From Felis catus (lineage: Eukaryota), in assembly GCF_018350175.1 (NCBI RefSeq), contig NC_058383.1, positions 30,754,001 through 30,818,000 of the forward strand: a stretch of DNA of 64,000 nt. The letters are read 5' to 3'. A program made the translations under genes and the position numbers. Below are positions 1-13,392 of this stretch, piece after piece. Each line of letters opens with the position of its first letter. The first letter of the stretch is position 1. The notes under the pieces were generated by a model. It was not told the DNA's origin, searched no databases, and saw only the letters and a program-made list of their open reading frames with translations.

Positions 1-2040
1 GCTTTGTATCTTAAAGTCCTCCTATGAGTGAAGTCATATGGTATTTGTCTCTCTCTGACTGACTTATTTTGCTTAGCATAATATCCTCCAGTTCCATCCA
101 TGTAGTTGCAAATGGCAAGATTTCATTCTTTTTGATTGCCGAGTAATACTCCATTGTCTATATATACCACATCTTCTTTATCCATTCATCCATCGATGGA
201 CATTTGGGCTCTTCCCATACTTTGGCTATTGTTGATAGTGCTGCTATAAACATTGGGGTGCTTATGTCTCTCTGAAACAGCACACCTGCATCCCTTGGGT
301 AAATACCTAATAGTGCCATTGCTGGGTCGTAGGGTAGTTCTATTTTTAATTTTTTGAGGAACCTCCATACTGTTTTCCAGAGTGGCTGTGCCAGTTTGCG
401 TTCCCACCAGCAATGCCAAAGAGATCCTCTCTCCGCATCCTCGCCAACATCTGTTGTTGCCATTCTGACAGGTGTGAGGTATCTCATTGTGATTTTGATT
501 TGTATTTCCTTGATGAGTGATGTTGAGCATTTTTTCATGTGTCAGTTGGCCATCTGGATGTCATCTTTGGAGAAGTATCTATTCATGTCTTTTGCAAATT
601 TCTTCACTGGATTACTTGTTTTTTGGGTGTTGAGTTTGATAATTTCTTTATAGATTTTGGATACCAACCTTTCATCTGATATGTCATTTGCGAATATCTT
701 CTCCCATTCCGTTGGTTGCCTTTTAGTTTTGCTGATTGTTTCCTTCACTGTGCAGAAGCTTTTTATCTTGATGAGGTCCCAATAGTTCCTTTTTGCTTTT
801 GTTTCCTTTGCCTCCAGAGACGTGTTGAGTAAGAAGTTTCTGCGGGCAAAGAGGTTTTTGCCTGCTTTCTCCTCAAGGATTTTGATGGCTTCCTGTCTTA
901 TATTTAGGTCTTTCATCTGTTTTGAGTTTATTTTTGTGCATGGTGTAAGAAAGTGGTACAGGTTCATTTTTCTGCATGTTGTTGTCCAGTTTTCCCAGCA
1001 TCATTTGCTGAAGAGACTGTCTTTATTCCACTGCATATTCTTTCCTGCTTTGTCAAAGATTAGTTGGCCATATGTTTGTGGGTCCAACTCTAGGTTCTCT
1101 ATTCTGTTCCATTGATGTGAGTGTCTGTTTTTGTGCCAGTACCATACTGTCTTGATGATTACAGCTTTGTAATATAGCTTGAAGTCTGGGATTGTGATGC
1201 CTCCTGCTTTGCTTTTCTTTTTCAAGATTGCTTTGGCTATTCAGGGTCTTTTCTGGTTCCATACAAATTTTAGGATTGTTTGTTCTAGCTCTGAAGAATG
1301 CTGGTGCTATTTTCATAGGGATTGCATTGAATATGTATATTGCTTTGGGTTGTATTGACATTATAACAATATTTGTTCTTCCTATCCAGGAGCATGGAAT
1401 ATTTTTCCATTTTTTTGTGTCTTCTTCAATTTCTTTCATAAGGTTTCTATAGTTTTCAGTGTATAGATTTTTCAGCTCTTTGGTTAGGTTATTCCTAGGT
1501 ATTTTACGGGTTTTGGTGCAATTGTAAATGGGATCAATTCCTTGATTTATCTTTCTGTTGCTTCATTGTTGGTGTATAGGGATGCAACTGATTTCTGAGC
1601 ATTGATTTTATATCTTGCCACTTTGCTGAATTCATGGATCCATTCTAGCAGTTTTTTGGTGGAATCTTTTGAGTTTTCCATATAGAGTATCATGTCATCT
1701 GCAAAGAGTGAAAATTTGACCTCCTCCTGGCTGATTTGGATGCCTTTTATTTCTTTGTGTTGTCTGATTGCTGAGGCTAAGACTTCCAGTACTATGTTGA
1801 AAAGCAGTGGTGAGAGTGGACACCCCTGTCTTGTTCTTAACCTTAGGGGGAACGCTTTCAGTTTTTCCCGAGGATGATATTAGCTTTGGGTCTTTCATAC
1901 ATGGCTTTTATGATCTCGAGGTATGCTCCTTCTATCCCTTCTTTCTTGAGTGTTTTTATCAAGAAAGGATGCTGTATTTTGTCAAATACTTTCTTTGCAT
2001 CTATTGAGAGGATCATGTGGTTTTTGTCCTTTCTTTTATT

Positions 2041-2494
2041 TATTTATTTTTTTTCCTTTTTTTAACATTTATTTTTTTTTATTTTTTTTAACGTTTTTAT
2101 TTATTTTTGGGACAGAGAGAGACAGAGCATGAACGGGGGAGGGGCAGAGAGAGAGGGAGACACAGAATCGGAAACAGGCTCCAGGCTCTGAGCCATCAGC
2201 CCAGAGCCTGACGCGGGGCTTGAACTCACGGACCGCGAGATCGTGACCTGGCTGAAGTCGGATGCTTAACCAACTGCGCCACCCAGGCACCCCAACATTT
2301 ATTTATTTTTGAGACAGAGAGAGACAGAGCATGAATGGGGGAGGGTCAGAGAGAGGGAGACACAGAATCCGAAGCAGGCTCCAGGCTCTGAGCTGTCAGC
2401 ACAGAGCCCGACGCTGGGCTCGAACTCACAAACCGCGAGATCATGACCTGAGCCGAAGTCGGCCGCTTAACCGACTGAGCCACCCAGGCAACCC
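2041..2494 (-). mobile_element. SINEC (Can-SINE, felid type), outer element of a nested cluster
   Basis: tRNA-derived head (gcctgggtggctcagtcggttaagcg), (CT)n region and A tail, interrupted by the inner SINE. Confidence 0.9.
2075..2293 (-). mobile_element. SINEC_Fc-type SINE inserted in the tail of another SINE
   Basis: Full SINE body; TSD aacatttattt at 2064-2074 and 2294-2304. Confidence 0.92.
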
Positions 2495-3937
2495 ATTTTT
2501 TATTTTTTATTTTTTAACGTTGTCCCTTCTTTTATTGATGTGATGAATCACATTGATTGTTTTGCAGATATTGAACCAGCCCTGCATCCCAGGTATAAAT
2601 CCCCTCAGTCGTGGTGAATAATTTTTTCAATGTATTGTTGGATCAGGCACACTAATATCTTGTTGAGGATTTCTGCATCCATGTTCATCAGGGATATTTG
2701 TCTATAGTTCTTTTTCATGGGGTCTTTGCCTGGTTTTGGAATCCAGGTAATGCTGGCTTTATAGAAAGAGTTTGGAAGTTTTCCTTCCATTTCTATTTTT
2801 TGCAGCAGCTTCAAGAGTATAGGTATTAACTCTTCCTTAAATGTTTGGTAGAATTCCCTTGGAAAGCCATCTGGCCCTGGACTCTAGTTTTTTGGGAGGT
2901 TTTTGGTTACTAAATCAATTTCTATATGGGTTATGGGTCTGTTGAAGTTTTCTATTTCTTCTTCTTTCACTTTTGGTCATGTATACATTTCTAGGAATTT
3001 GTCCTTTTCTTCCAGATTGCCCATTTTATTGGTGTATAATTGCTCATAATATTCTCTTATTATTGTTTTTATTTCTTCTGTGTTGGTTGTGATCTCCTCT
3101 TTCATTCTTGATTTTATTTATTTGGGTCCTTTCCTTTTTGATCAAACTGGCTAGGGGTTTATCAGTTTTGTTAATTCTTTCAGAGAACCAGCTGCTGGTT
3201 TCATTGATCTGTTCTGGGTTTTTTTGTTTGTCTGGTTTTTGGTTTTTGGTTTCAATAGGATTCATTTCTGCTCTAATCTTCATTATTTCCTGTCTTCTGC
3301 TGGTTTTGGGTTTTATTTGCTCTTCTTTTCCCAGCTCTTTAAGGTGTAAGGTTAGGTTGTGTACCTGAGACCTTTCTTCATTCTTTAGGAAGGCCTGGAT
3401 TGCTATATACTTCCCTCTTATGACCCCGTTTGCTGCATCCCAGAGGTTTTAGGCTGTGGTGTCATCATTTTCATTGGCTTCCATGTACTTTTCAATTTCC
3501 TCTTTAACTTCTTGGTTAGCCCATTCATTATTTAGTAGGATGTTCTTTAGTCTCCAAGTATTTGTTATTTTTCCAAATTTTTTCTTGTGGTTGATTTCGA
3601 GTTTCATAGTGTTGTGGTCTGAAAATATGCACGGTATGATCTTGATCTTTTTGTACTTGTTGAGGGTTGATTTGTGTCCCAGTATATGATATATTCTGGA
3701 GAATGTTCCACATGCACTGGAGAAGAATCTATATTCCTCTGCTTTAGCATGAAATGTTCTGAATGTATCTGTTAAGTCCATCTCTTCCAGTGTGTCATTC
3801 ACACACTGGTGTTTCCTTGTTGATTTTCTGTTTAGATGATGTGTCCATTGTTGTAAGTGGGCTATTTAAGTCCCCTACTATTATGGTATTATTATCAATG
3901 AGTTTCTTTATGTTTGTGATTAATTGATTTATATATT

Positions 3938-3939
<2 letters not shown>

Positions 3940-3994
<55 letters not shown>

Positions 3995-4008
3995 CATACA
4001 TACATACA
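3940..4008. repeat. (TA)n followed by (TACA)n microsatellite
   Basis: Direct reading. Confidence 0.98.
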
Positions 4009-4454
4009 CATTTGGAGTATAAATGTTTACAATTGTTAGGTCTTGTTGATGGATATACTCCTTAATTATGATATAATGACCTTCTTCATCTCTTGTTACA
4101 GTCTTTATTTCAAAGTCTAGATTATCTGATGTAGCATGGCTGCTCCGGCTTTCTTTTGTTGACCATTAGCATGATAGATGGTTCTCCATCCCCTTACTTT
4201 CAATCTGAAGGCATCTTTAGGTCTTAAGAGGGTCTTTTGTAAACAGCATATAGATAGATCTTGTTTTCTTAACCATTCTGTTACCCTATGTCTTTTGATT
4301 AGAGTTAGTCAGTTGATGTTTAGAGTGAGTACTGAAAGATATGAATTTGTAGCCATTATGTTTCTTGTAGAGTTGGAGTTTCTGGTGGTGTTCTCTGGTC
4401 CTTTCTAGTCTTCGTTGCTTTTGGCCTTTTTTTTTTTTTTGTCTTTTCTCCCCC

Positions 4455-5305
4455 TCAGAGAGTCCCCCCTTAAAATTTCTTGCAGGGCTAGTTTAGTGGT
4501 CATGAACGCCTTTAATTTTTGTTTGTCTGGAAAACTTTTAATCTCTCCTATTTTGAATAACAGCCTTGCCGGATAAAGAATTCTTGGCTTCATATTTTTT
4601 TGATTCAGCACCTTGAATACATCCTGCCACTCCTTTCTGGCCTGCCAAGTTTCTGTGGACAGGTCTGCTGCAAACCTGATCTGTCTTCCCTTTTAGGTTA
4701 AGGACTTTTTTCCCTTGCTGCTTTCATGGTTCTCTCCTTGTCTGAGTATTTTGTGAATTTGACTATGATATACCTTGTTGATGGTCAGTTTTTGTCGTCT
4801 GTGCTTCCTGGATTTTGATGTCTGTGTCTTTCCCCAGGTTAGGAATGTTTTCCACTATGATTTGCTCACATAACCCTTCTACCCCTTTTTCTCTCTCTTC
4901 ATCTTCTGGGACCCCTATGAGCCAGATGTTGTTCCTTTTTAATGAGTCACTGATTTCTCTAATTCTTAAATCATGCTCTTTTGCTTTAGCGTTCTTCTTT
5001 TTTCTGCTTCATTATTCTCCAGAAGTTTGTGCTTTGTTATCGCTGTTCTGCCTCATCCATCGTTGCTGCCGTGGCATCCATTCGAGGTTGCAGCTCAGTT
5101 ATAGAATTTTTTATTTCATCCTGACTAGGTTTTACTTTTTTTATCTCCTCAGAGAGGGATTATAATCTATTTTTGACTCTAGCTAGTATTCTTATTATCA
5201 TGATTCTAAATTCTGGTTCAGACCCCTTGCTTGTATCTGTGTTAAGTCCCTGGCTGTCATTTCTGCCCGCTCTTTCTTTTGGGGTAAATTCCTTCATTGC
5301 ATCAT
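4455..5305 (-). pseudogene. L1 ORF1 remnant, copy A
   Basis: ATG near 5305. ORF 4405-4611 MKPRILYPARLLFKIGEIKSFPDKQKLKAFMTTKLALQEILRG is the typical ORF1p C-terminal domain. Confidence 0.85.
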
Positions 5306-5384
5306 TTTGAGGGAAGAAAAGGAATTAATAAGGTAAAAAAAATTAAAATTAAAACAATTAAAAAAACACACTGGCCCACAGGCA

Positions 5385-5442
5385 CATGCACATGCACACG
5401 TGCGCACGTGCACATACACACACACACACACACATACACACA
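5385..5442. repeat. Imperfect (CA)n / alternating purine-pyrimidine tract in L1 5' region
   Basis: cacatgcacacgtgcgcacgtgcacatacacacacacacac. Confidence 0.85.
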
Positions 5443-5911
5443 AATCAAATAAATGATGCTAGATCCTAGGTGCGTTTAGGTCTGGGTGTTGAAAGGAGCT
5501 TGACAGATGAGAGAAAAAAAGAAAAAAAAAATATATATATAAAAAGGAAAACGTTTGAAAAGTTGAAAAAATGAATACAGTGAAATAGAATAAAATGAAA
5601 TGATGGAAGTAAAATAGAATTTGAAAATTTCACAATAAAGTAAAAAATATATTAGAAAAAAATTTAAAATATTTTTAATAAAAATTGAAAATAAAAATTT
5701 TTTCTGTTTTCAAGAAAAAAACGAAAAAGAAAAAAAATTGAATAGATGGTCCAGTGAACAGACTGAAATGTGATTGGAATTACATCATTTTCCCCTAGAA
5801 GTCTAACCAGGAAGCACTTTATAGTCCATAAACTGAGCAGATGGAGAGACTTGTGTTCTTGAAGAGCGAGGTTGGCCCAGTGGGTGGGGCTTAGTGTAAT
5901 GACTTCATTCT

Positions 5912-5926
5912 CCACTAGATGGCGCT
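5912..5926 (+). promoter_or_regulatory. Strong CTCF consensus motif inside L1 5' UTR
   Basis: ccactagatggcgct matches the CTCF core CCASYAGRKGGCRS; binding not demonstrated. Confidence 0.55.
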
Positions 5927-6796
5927 GCTCAGCTTATTGGACGGGACTGTTGTGGCATTTGCAGGTGTGTAGGCTCATGCGCAGGAGCAGTGAAAATGGC
6001 ACCAACCAATTACCCAGTCTCTAGTATCAGAACTCTGTTCTCCCGGAGCAGCAATCGCATACCTGGCCTTTGTCTCTGCTTTTTTCCACTCCTGCTTTTA
6101 CACTGACTGTTACCAAGCCATCAGGTTGCCAGGCGGCACCTCCTTCCTGAGTTTTATCTCCGTTGTGGCTGTGTTTCCCGACCCCTCACTTCTGAGGGAC
6201 TGCGGCTGGGACCCTCTCAGATCCTCTGCCCGAGGGTCTCCCTGAGCAATGGCCGGGTGCCAGCCTCACCCAGAAACGTTCTGGGGACCTGCTGATGCCC
6301 AGAGACTGCGGCTGGGCACCAGCTCGCCCCAGGAAAAGTTCACACGGTTGTGTAGCATTGGTGTTTCAGGGATCATGGAAAATCACAACATGCATCTGGC
6401 CACAGTCTTCGCCTTTAATGACCTTGTTCCAGCACCAGCAAATGTGGTTGTTCTCCAGGGTCTGCTGGGACTGGGTGGCCACACAACCCCCACCAGATGT
6501 CCTCCAGCAGGGGCACCACCTCTCCCCATGTGGCCTGAGGATAACTGGCCTTCACTCTGCTCCTGGGGATCCGCCCTTCCCACCAGAGCCCCGCCAGGTA
6601 ACAAGCTGCAGAGTTTCAGACTCTGCCATCCCCTGTTTTTAGAGTCTTAATGGAATTTCTCCTTTCTTCCTTTTTAATTCTGTCCCTGCAGCTGTTTCCA
6701 CTTTTCCACTTTCTGTCCAGCTCCTTTTTCAGGGGGGAGGAGTGCTTTTCCAACACGGTTTTCTTTCTAAAATTCCATATATGCGTGAAATTATTT

Positions 6797-7009
6797 GAAA
6801 AACATTTTTTTAATGTTTATTTTTTAGAGTGAGCAAGAGAGAACACAAATGGAGGAGGGGCAGATAGAAGGGGACAGAGGATTCAAAGAGGGCTCTGCAG
6901 TGACAGCAGATAGCCTGATGTGGAGCTCAAGCTCACAAACCATGAGATTATGACCTGAACCGAAATCACAAGTTGGGATGCTCAATCAACTGAGCCACCC
7001 AGGTGCACC
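6797..7009 (-). mobile_element. Older SINEC
   Basis: Diverged SINE body; degenerate TSD tgcgtgaaattattt (6782-6796) / tgagtgaaataattt (7010-7024). Confidence 0.88.
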
Positions 7010-7140
7010 TGAGTGAAATAATTTTTCAACATAAGAGGCTTTATCCCCTTTCCCCCTCAAATGAAATGTATATAATTATTTTGGATTGCTTGTCACATGT
7101 GTTAATATCTTCTGGGGAATGTTCCTTGCCTTTGAACTTT

Positions 7141-7278
7141 TCTTTTTTTCTTTTTTTTTTTTTTTAACTTTTTGAAGATTTTACTTTTGAGTAATCTCTA
7201 TGCCAAATATGGGGCTTGAACCCACCACCTTGAGATCAAGATTCACACCTTGTACTGACTGAGCCAGCCAGGCACCCC
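7141..7278 (-). mobile_element. Short tRNA-derived carnivore SINE
   Basis: ggggtgcctggctggctcagtcagta head and poly(A) tail; lacks the CT tract. Confidence 0.85.
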
Positions 7279-7521
7279 TGAACTGTGCTTTTCTTCTGTG
7301 GAACCCTAATGTCCTCATATGCTCACAAATACCAGTCTTGTCTTCCATGGCTTTTAAAACCTTTTATTTGTAAAGGGTTTTAAAACCCTAAAGTCCTCAA
7401 CATTTGTTCATTTTATTGTAATAGTTTTCGTTTTTATTAAAACTTAGTTCTGTGCGTCATGAGGTAGGGCGCCAACCTTTTGTGTGTTTTTTTTTTTTTT
7501 TAAATAAGTACACCCACCCAT

Positions 7522-7732
7522 GGGGCGCCTGGGTGGCTCAGTCAGTTAAGCGGCCGACTTCGGCTCAGGTCATGATCTCACAGTCCATGAGTTCGAGCCC
7601 CGCGTTGGGCTCTGTGCTGACAACTCAGAGCCTGGAACCTGTTTCAGATTCTGTGTCTCCCTCTCTCTGACCCTCCCCTGTTCATGCTCTGTCTCTCTCT
7701 GTCTCAAAAATAAATAAACGTTAAAAAAAAAT
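7522..7732 (+). mobile_element. SINEC_Fc-type SINE
   Basis: Full body; perfect 16-bp TSD taaataagtacaccca at 7501-7516 and 7733-7748. Confidence 0.95.
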
Positions 7733-9464
7733 TAAATAAGTACACCCAATTGTCTCTACACAAGTTACAGAAGAATCTTTTTCTGCTTCTGTGAAATCCC
7801 TCCTCTAACACAATACCCCCCCACACCTGGGTCTGTGTTATCTTTCATAGTTACGTATATTTCTGCTTTGTAATCTCTTTTGGTATCTGGTGAGAGCAGT
7901 CTCATTTGTTTATGTTTTCCCAAAACTGGTCCCGGGTCTTGTTTTGAATTTCAGAATAATCTTGTCAAACTCCATGAAAAATGTTCCTGGGACTTTAACA
8001 GGGTCTGTATTACGTTTATGAAATGACTTGGGAAGAAAGGACTTGCATTCTTGTGATCATCTTCTCCTTCATGAACACATACCATCCCATTAATGAGGCT
8101 TTTGGTAATCAGGAGAGCTTGATCCTGGCCTCTTTAACCTCTTTTTTTAAGTTTCATTGCTACCCAATTCTTAAATTTTCTATCGTGTCTTTTTGGGTGT
8201 TTCTACCATCTGCCCACTTTGTTCTCATTTATAAATGGTATGTAAATTTCTTCCTAGGATTGTATTCTATGTTGTAGACTTTGTTTCTGATTCTTGGAGT
8301 TGTTATGTGTGTTACAGCCTCCAGTATAAGCCTGAAAAATAGTGATCCCACGAATCTGTGTACTTAACTTGTACAAAATTCTATTGGGGGCCCATTTTAA
8401 AGCTATTCAGCTTCATTGACTGGAGGGTTAATTCTTAGGTTGACCTCCCACTGCTCTATCTTTTGCAGCTTTATATTGTGTTGTAATATGATGGTTTAGA
8501 CCACACTTGTTAATGTTTTTCTTGACTATTGCCTTAATCTTCCAGTAATGCCTTTTCCTCTGTTTTATGTACAAATAACAGCTTGGCTGGGTGTAAATTG
8601 TTAACTCAAGGCTTCTCTCAAACTCCTTCAGATTTTGTGTTACTCTTAACTTTTCTTGGAGAAAAGTCTGTGGCCTATTGTGGTTAACCTTCATTTTATC
8701 TTCCTGGATGTTCTCAGAATTGCGCCTTCTAAACTAGAAACTTGGGGCTTTTCAGTTTCTCGGGAAAACCATCCATTCTAGGACCCATTCTTATTTCTTC
8801 TCTTCCTTGTTTGTTGCCTCCTTTGCTTTCTGGCCTTTGGCATCTTGCTCTTTGTTGGATAAATGAATTAACATCAACTCTGGTGGTGACCACCATGCTG
8901 TGGTTTCACTGAACCCCATCAGCTCCCCTCTGCTGTAATGAGGGACTCTCCAGGCATGGCTGTATTTAGACAAGAAAGATTTAAGGTCTTTCTCAGTGCC
9001 ACAAACCTTTAAAAACTAAGACTGAGGACTGACTGTGGCATCTATTTGCACATCTCTAACGGTTTGAGGGCCCTGTGCCACATCTGCCATGTCACCATGG
9101 TCCTGCATCGAAGGAGTCCCCTCCTCGTTCAATGCCTCATTTACACAAGGCAAACTAAGGATTGTCTGTAGCATCTGGAGATGTGACGACTCCAAGGAGA
9201 AGGCAGAGGCTAGGTTTCTTAACTCCTGGTTCTCAACTTGGCTGATCACTTAGGAAGGTTCCCAGATGATTCAAAATATCCTTGCTGGGGAATGTTCCTC
9301 CAGTGTGCTTACCGGAAGTACACTGGTGTCCAGAGAAGGCAGGATCACCTGGTGGTCAGGAGCACAGGCTCTGGACCCCGAATGCCCACTGTGTACCTCG
9401 TTCCTCTATTTCTTTGTGAGGTAATAGTACCTCCCCACGAGATGGTGAGGAGTAGATGAATCCA

Positions 9465-9730
9465 TGTGCTGTGGACTGAATAGTCTTCTCTGTGACACAA
9501 ATTCCTAGCCCCCAATGTGACCATATTTGGAGACAGACCTTTAAGGAGGTACTTAGAGTTACATGAGGTCCTGAAAGTGTGGCTCCAATCACTACAACTG
9601 GTGTCCTTCTAAGAAGAGACGAGGACCACACCACACAAGGGAAGGGCTGTGTGAGCTCACAGTGCTTCTCTAGGAAGCAGCTCTCTGGCACCTTGATCCA
9701 GGACTTCCAGCCTCCAGGTCAATGAGAACC
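9465..9730 (+). mobile_element. MaLR LTR (MLT1A/B-like)
   Basis: tgctgtggactgaat...cctagcccccaatgtgaccatatttggaga...ggcaccttgatccaggacttccagcctccag, typical MLT1 blocks. Confidence 0.8.
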
Positions 9731-11756
9731 TGCCCACTGTATGCACCCAATACATTTGGGCCACTTTTAGTTACTCTAGCTCTTGTCGTTATTTATTCCA
9801 TCTTTGGGGCCAGAAATAAATAAGTTGCATTTGGACCACTTACCCCCTTTTGCCAGTCCTTCTCTGTTGAGTATCTGAGTATCTCCCATTGGATAACCTC
9901 CCACATGGACTGTGAAGTTACTTGTGTGTGTTAGATAACTTGGGTCATTGAAGATGCAGACCATGGTCATGGACTGTTTCCTGTTGGAAGGAGTCACACT
10001 TGACCAGGAAATGTGAACTGTGTCCCTGAGAAACTGGGTGTCATGCATGCCCAGATCCCAGTCCACACTGTGAAACATGCATGAGATTTCAGAATCGGGG
10101 TTCTTGCGCATCTGTGGTTACAGACTGGTATTTCATGAGCTTGCCACAACCCACATGTGTGCCCCAGAAGCAAACTGCTCAGTGTGGCTGCACCTTTGCT
10201 CCTGAGACACCAAGATGCTTTGAAGTTTCTCTGTAGATCATGTACACTAGACACAGCAGCCACAGGAAGTTTTCTGGTGAGCCAGCGGTGGTGTGGGGTG
10301 TAGAAAAACATGAGCAGCAGTCCCATATGTCTGTCCTTCAGGTCAAGGGCGCAGGCACCCAAGTGTGCGCTAGGTTACAGAACTAACCCCTCCTGGTCTA
10401 CACTGTTCCCCTTGGAGTAATGACCTTCCTGATTTCCTGCCTCTCTGGCTTCCCTTGATCTTCACCAAAAGGCCCAGAAGCGATCTTGTCCTTCTGGCTC
10501 GAGGGTGATGTTCATTTAAGGTACAACTTGTACTCTAATGATCAAATCTTAAGGTTAAGAGATTTGAACCCCAAGCACCATCTAGCCAGGGACTTTTGGG
10601 GGAGCTCCTTGGGTCTTTCCATTCCCACCTCCACTACAGCAGCCCCCTTGTCAACTTTAAATATTGTGGTGTGGACCCTGAAGTCAGCTGGACGTCTTCT
10701 TGCCCTTAAGATCCAGACGAGATGGATTTTTTTGAACCCCTGTTCCACGTCTGGAAGTACCCTGCAAAGTCAAAAGAAAGCTGGAGTGGCCATACTTATA
10801 TCAGACTAGATTTTAAACTAAAGGCTGTAACAAGAGATGAAGAAGGGCATTATATAATAATTATGGGGTCTATCCATCAAGAATACCTAACAGTCATAAA
10901 TATTTGTGCACCAAATTTGGCGGCACCCAAATACGTAAAACAGTTACAAACATAAGCAATCTTACTGGTAAGAATACAGTAATTGCAAGGGACTTGAATA
11001 CTTCACTTACAACAATGGACATATCATATAGACAGAATTTCAATAAAGAAACAGTGGCCCTGAATGATACATTGGACCAGATGGACTTGAAAGATATAGT
11101 CACAACTTGTCATCCTAAAGCAGCAGAACACACATTCTTCTCGAGTGTACATGGAACATTCTCCAAGATAGATCACATACTAGGTCACAAAACAGCCCTC
11201 AATAAATACAAAAGAATTAATCATACCATGAACACTTTCAGATCATAACTCTATGAAACTTGAAATCAACCACAGGAAAAAGTCTGGAAAACCTCCAAAA
11301 GCATGGAGGTTAAAGAACATCCTACTAAAGAATGAATGGGTCAACCAGGCAATTAGAGAAGAAATTTTAAAAATATATGGAAACAAATGAAAATGAAAAC
11401 ACAGCAACCCAAACCCTTTGGGACGCAGCAAAGGCAGTCCTAAGAGGAAAATGCATTGCCATCCAGACCTATCTCAAGAAACAAGAAAAATCCAAAACAC
11501 AAAATCTGTCAGCACACCTAAAGGAACTAGAAGCAGAACACCAAAGAAACCCCAGCAGAAGAAGAGAAATGATAAAGATCACAGCAGAAACAAACTGTTT
11601 AGAATCCAGAAAAAAAGAACAGATCAATGAAAGTAAGAGTTGGGTTTTTTTTTTGAAAAAATGAACAAAATTGATAACCCCCTACCCAGACTTCTCAAAA
11701 AGCAAAGAGAGAGAGGATCCAAATAGATAAAGTCACAAATTAAAATGGATTTATCA

Positions 11757-11982
11757 GGGCACCTGGGTGGCTCAATCAGTTAAGTGTCCGACTTCAGCTC
11801 AGGTCATGATCTCACAGTCTGTGAGTTCGAGCCCCGCATCAGGCTCTGTGCTGACAGCACGGAGCTTGGAGCCTGCTTCAGATTCTGTGTCTCCCTCTGT
11901 CTCTGCCCCTCCCCTGCTCATGCTCTGTCTCTCTCTGTCTCAGAAATAAAAATGAAAACATTTTTTTAAAAATTAAAAAAAA
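11757..11982 (+). mobile_element. SINEC inserted in L1 copy B
   Basis: TSD taaaatggatttatca at 11741-11756 and 11983-11998. Confidence 0.95.
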
Positions 11983-13182
11983 TAAAATGGATTTATCATG
12001 ACCAATTCCTTGGTGATACAAGCATTTATCAGATAATACTCTGAAAAATTATATGCCAACAAACTGGATAACCTGGAAGAAATGAACAAATGCCTAGACA
12101 CCCACACACTACCCAAACTCAAAAAGGATGAAATAGAAAATTTGAACAGACCCATAACTAGTGAAGAAATGGAATGAGTTATCAAAAATCTCCCAACAGA
12201 TGAGAGTCCTGGGCCAGATGCTTCCCTGGGGAATTCTATCAGACATTTAAAGCAGAGTTAATACCTATTCTTTACAACCTGTTCCAAAAATAGAAATGAA
12301 AGGAAAACTTCTGGACTCATTCTATAAGGCCAACATTCCTTTGATTCCCAAACCAGACAGAGACCCCACAAAAAAGAATTATAGACCAATATTCCTAATG
12401 AACATAGATGCAAAAATTCTCAACAAGATACTAGCAAATCAAATTCAACAACATATAAAAAGAATTATTCACCATGATCAAGTGAGATTCATTCCTGGGC
12501 TGCAGGGCTGGTTCAATATTCACAAATCAGTCAATGTGATACATCACATTAATAAAAGGAGAAGAACCATGTGATCCTGTCAATAGATGCAGAAAAAGCA
12601 CTTGACAAAATACAACATTCTTTCTTGATAACAACCCTCAAGAAAGTCAGGATAGAAGGAATGTACTTAAACATCATAAAAGCCATACATGAAAAGCCCA
12701 CAACTAATATAATCCTCAATGGGGAAGAACTGAGAGTTTTCCCCCTGAGATGGGAACAAGACAGGGATGTCCACTCTCACTGCTGTTGTTTAACATAGTG
12801 TTGGAAGTCCTAGCATCAGCAGTCAGACAACAAAAGGAAATAAAAGACATCAAAATGGGCAAAGAAGAAATAAAACCTTCAGTTTTCACGGATGACATGA
12901 TACTCCACATGGAAAACCTGAAAGACTGCACTAAAAGGCTGCTAAAACTGATACATGAATTCAGCGAGGTCACAGGGTAAAAAATGTACAGAAATCGGTT
13001 GCATTTTTATACACCAATAATGAAGCAACAGAAAGAGAAATAAGCTGATCCCAGTCAAAATTGCACCAAGAACCCTAAAATACCTAGGAATAAACCTATG
13101 AAAGATATAATAGACCTATATGCTGAAAACTATAGAAAGCTTATGAAGGAAACTGAAGAAGACACAAAGAAAAGGAAAAACA

Positions 13183-13392
13183 GGGGCACCTGGGTGGCTC
13201 AGTTGGTTAAGCATCTGACTTCGGTTCAGGCCATGATCTAATGGTCCATGAGTTCAAGCCCCACATCAGACTCTGTTCTTACAGCTCAGAGCCTGGAGCT
13301 TGCTTTGGATTCTGTGTCTCCCTCTCTCTTAGTCCCTCTCCCACCCATGCTCTGTCTCTCTCTCTCTCTCTCAAAAAGAAACATTAAAAAAT
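13183..13392 (+). mobile_element. SINEC inserted in L1 copy B
   Basis: SINE body; flanking repeat gaaaaaca at 13175-13182 and 13394-13401. Confidence 0.92.

Larger units (their letters stand above)
22..4356 (-). pseudogene. L1 ORF2 (endonuclease/reverse transcriptase) remnant, copy A
   Basis: ATG at 4356 (atggctacaaattcatatctttcagta) and C-terminal YHMTSLI near 22-45. Fragmented across many short ORFs, interrupted by SINEs and a (TA)n tract. Confidence 0.9.
1..6750 (-). mobile_element. Near full-length degraded LINE-1 (carnivore/felid type), copy A; 3' UTR runs off window start
   Basis: ORF2 fragments ([43 protein letters not shown]), ORF1 fragments (KPRILYPARLLFKI), GC-richer 5' UTR ~5800-6750. 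Many stops and frameshifts. Confidence 0.95.

Noticed and set aside
7522..7600. tRNA genes
   Set aside because: The A/B-box heads belong to tRNA-derived SINEs
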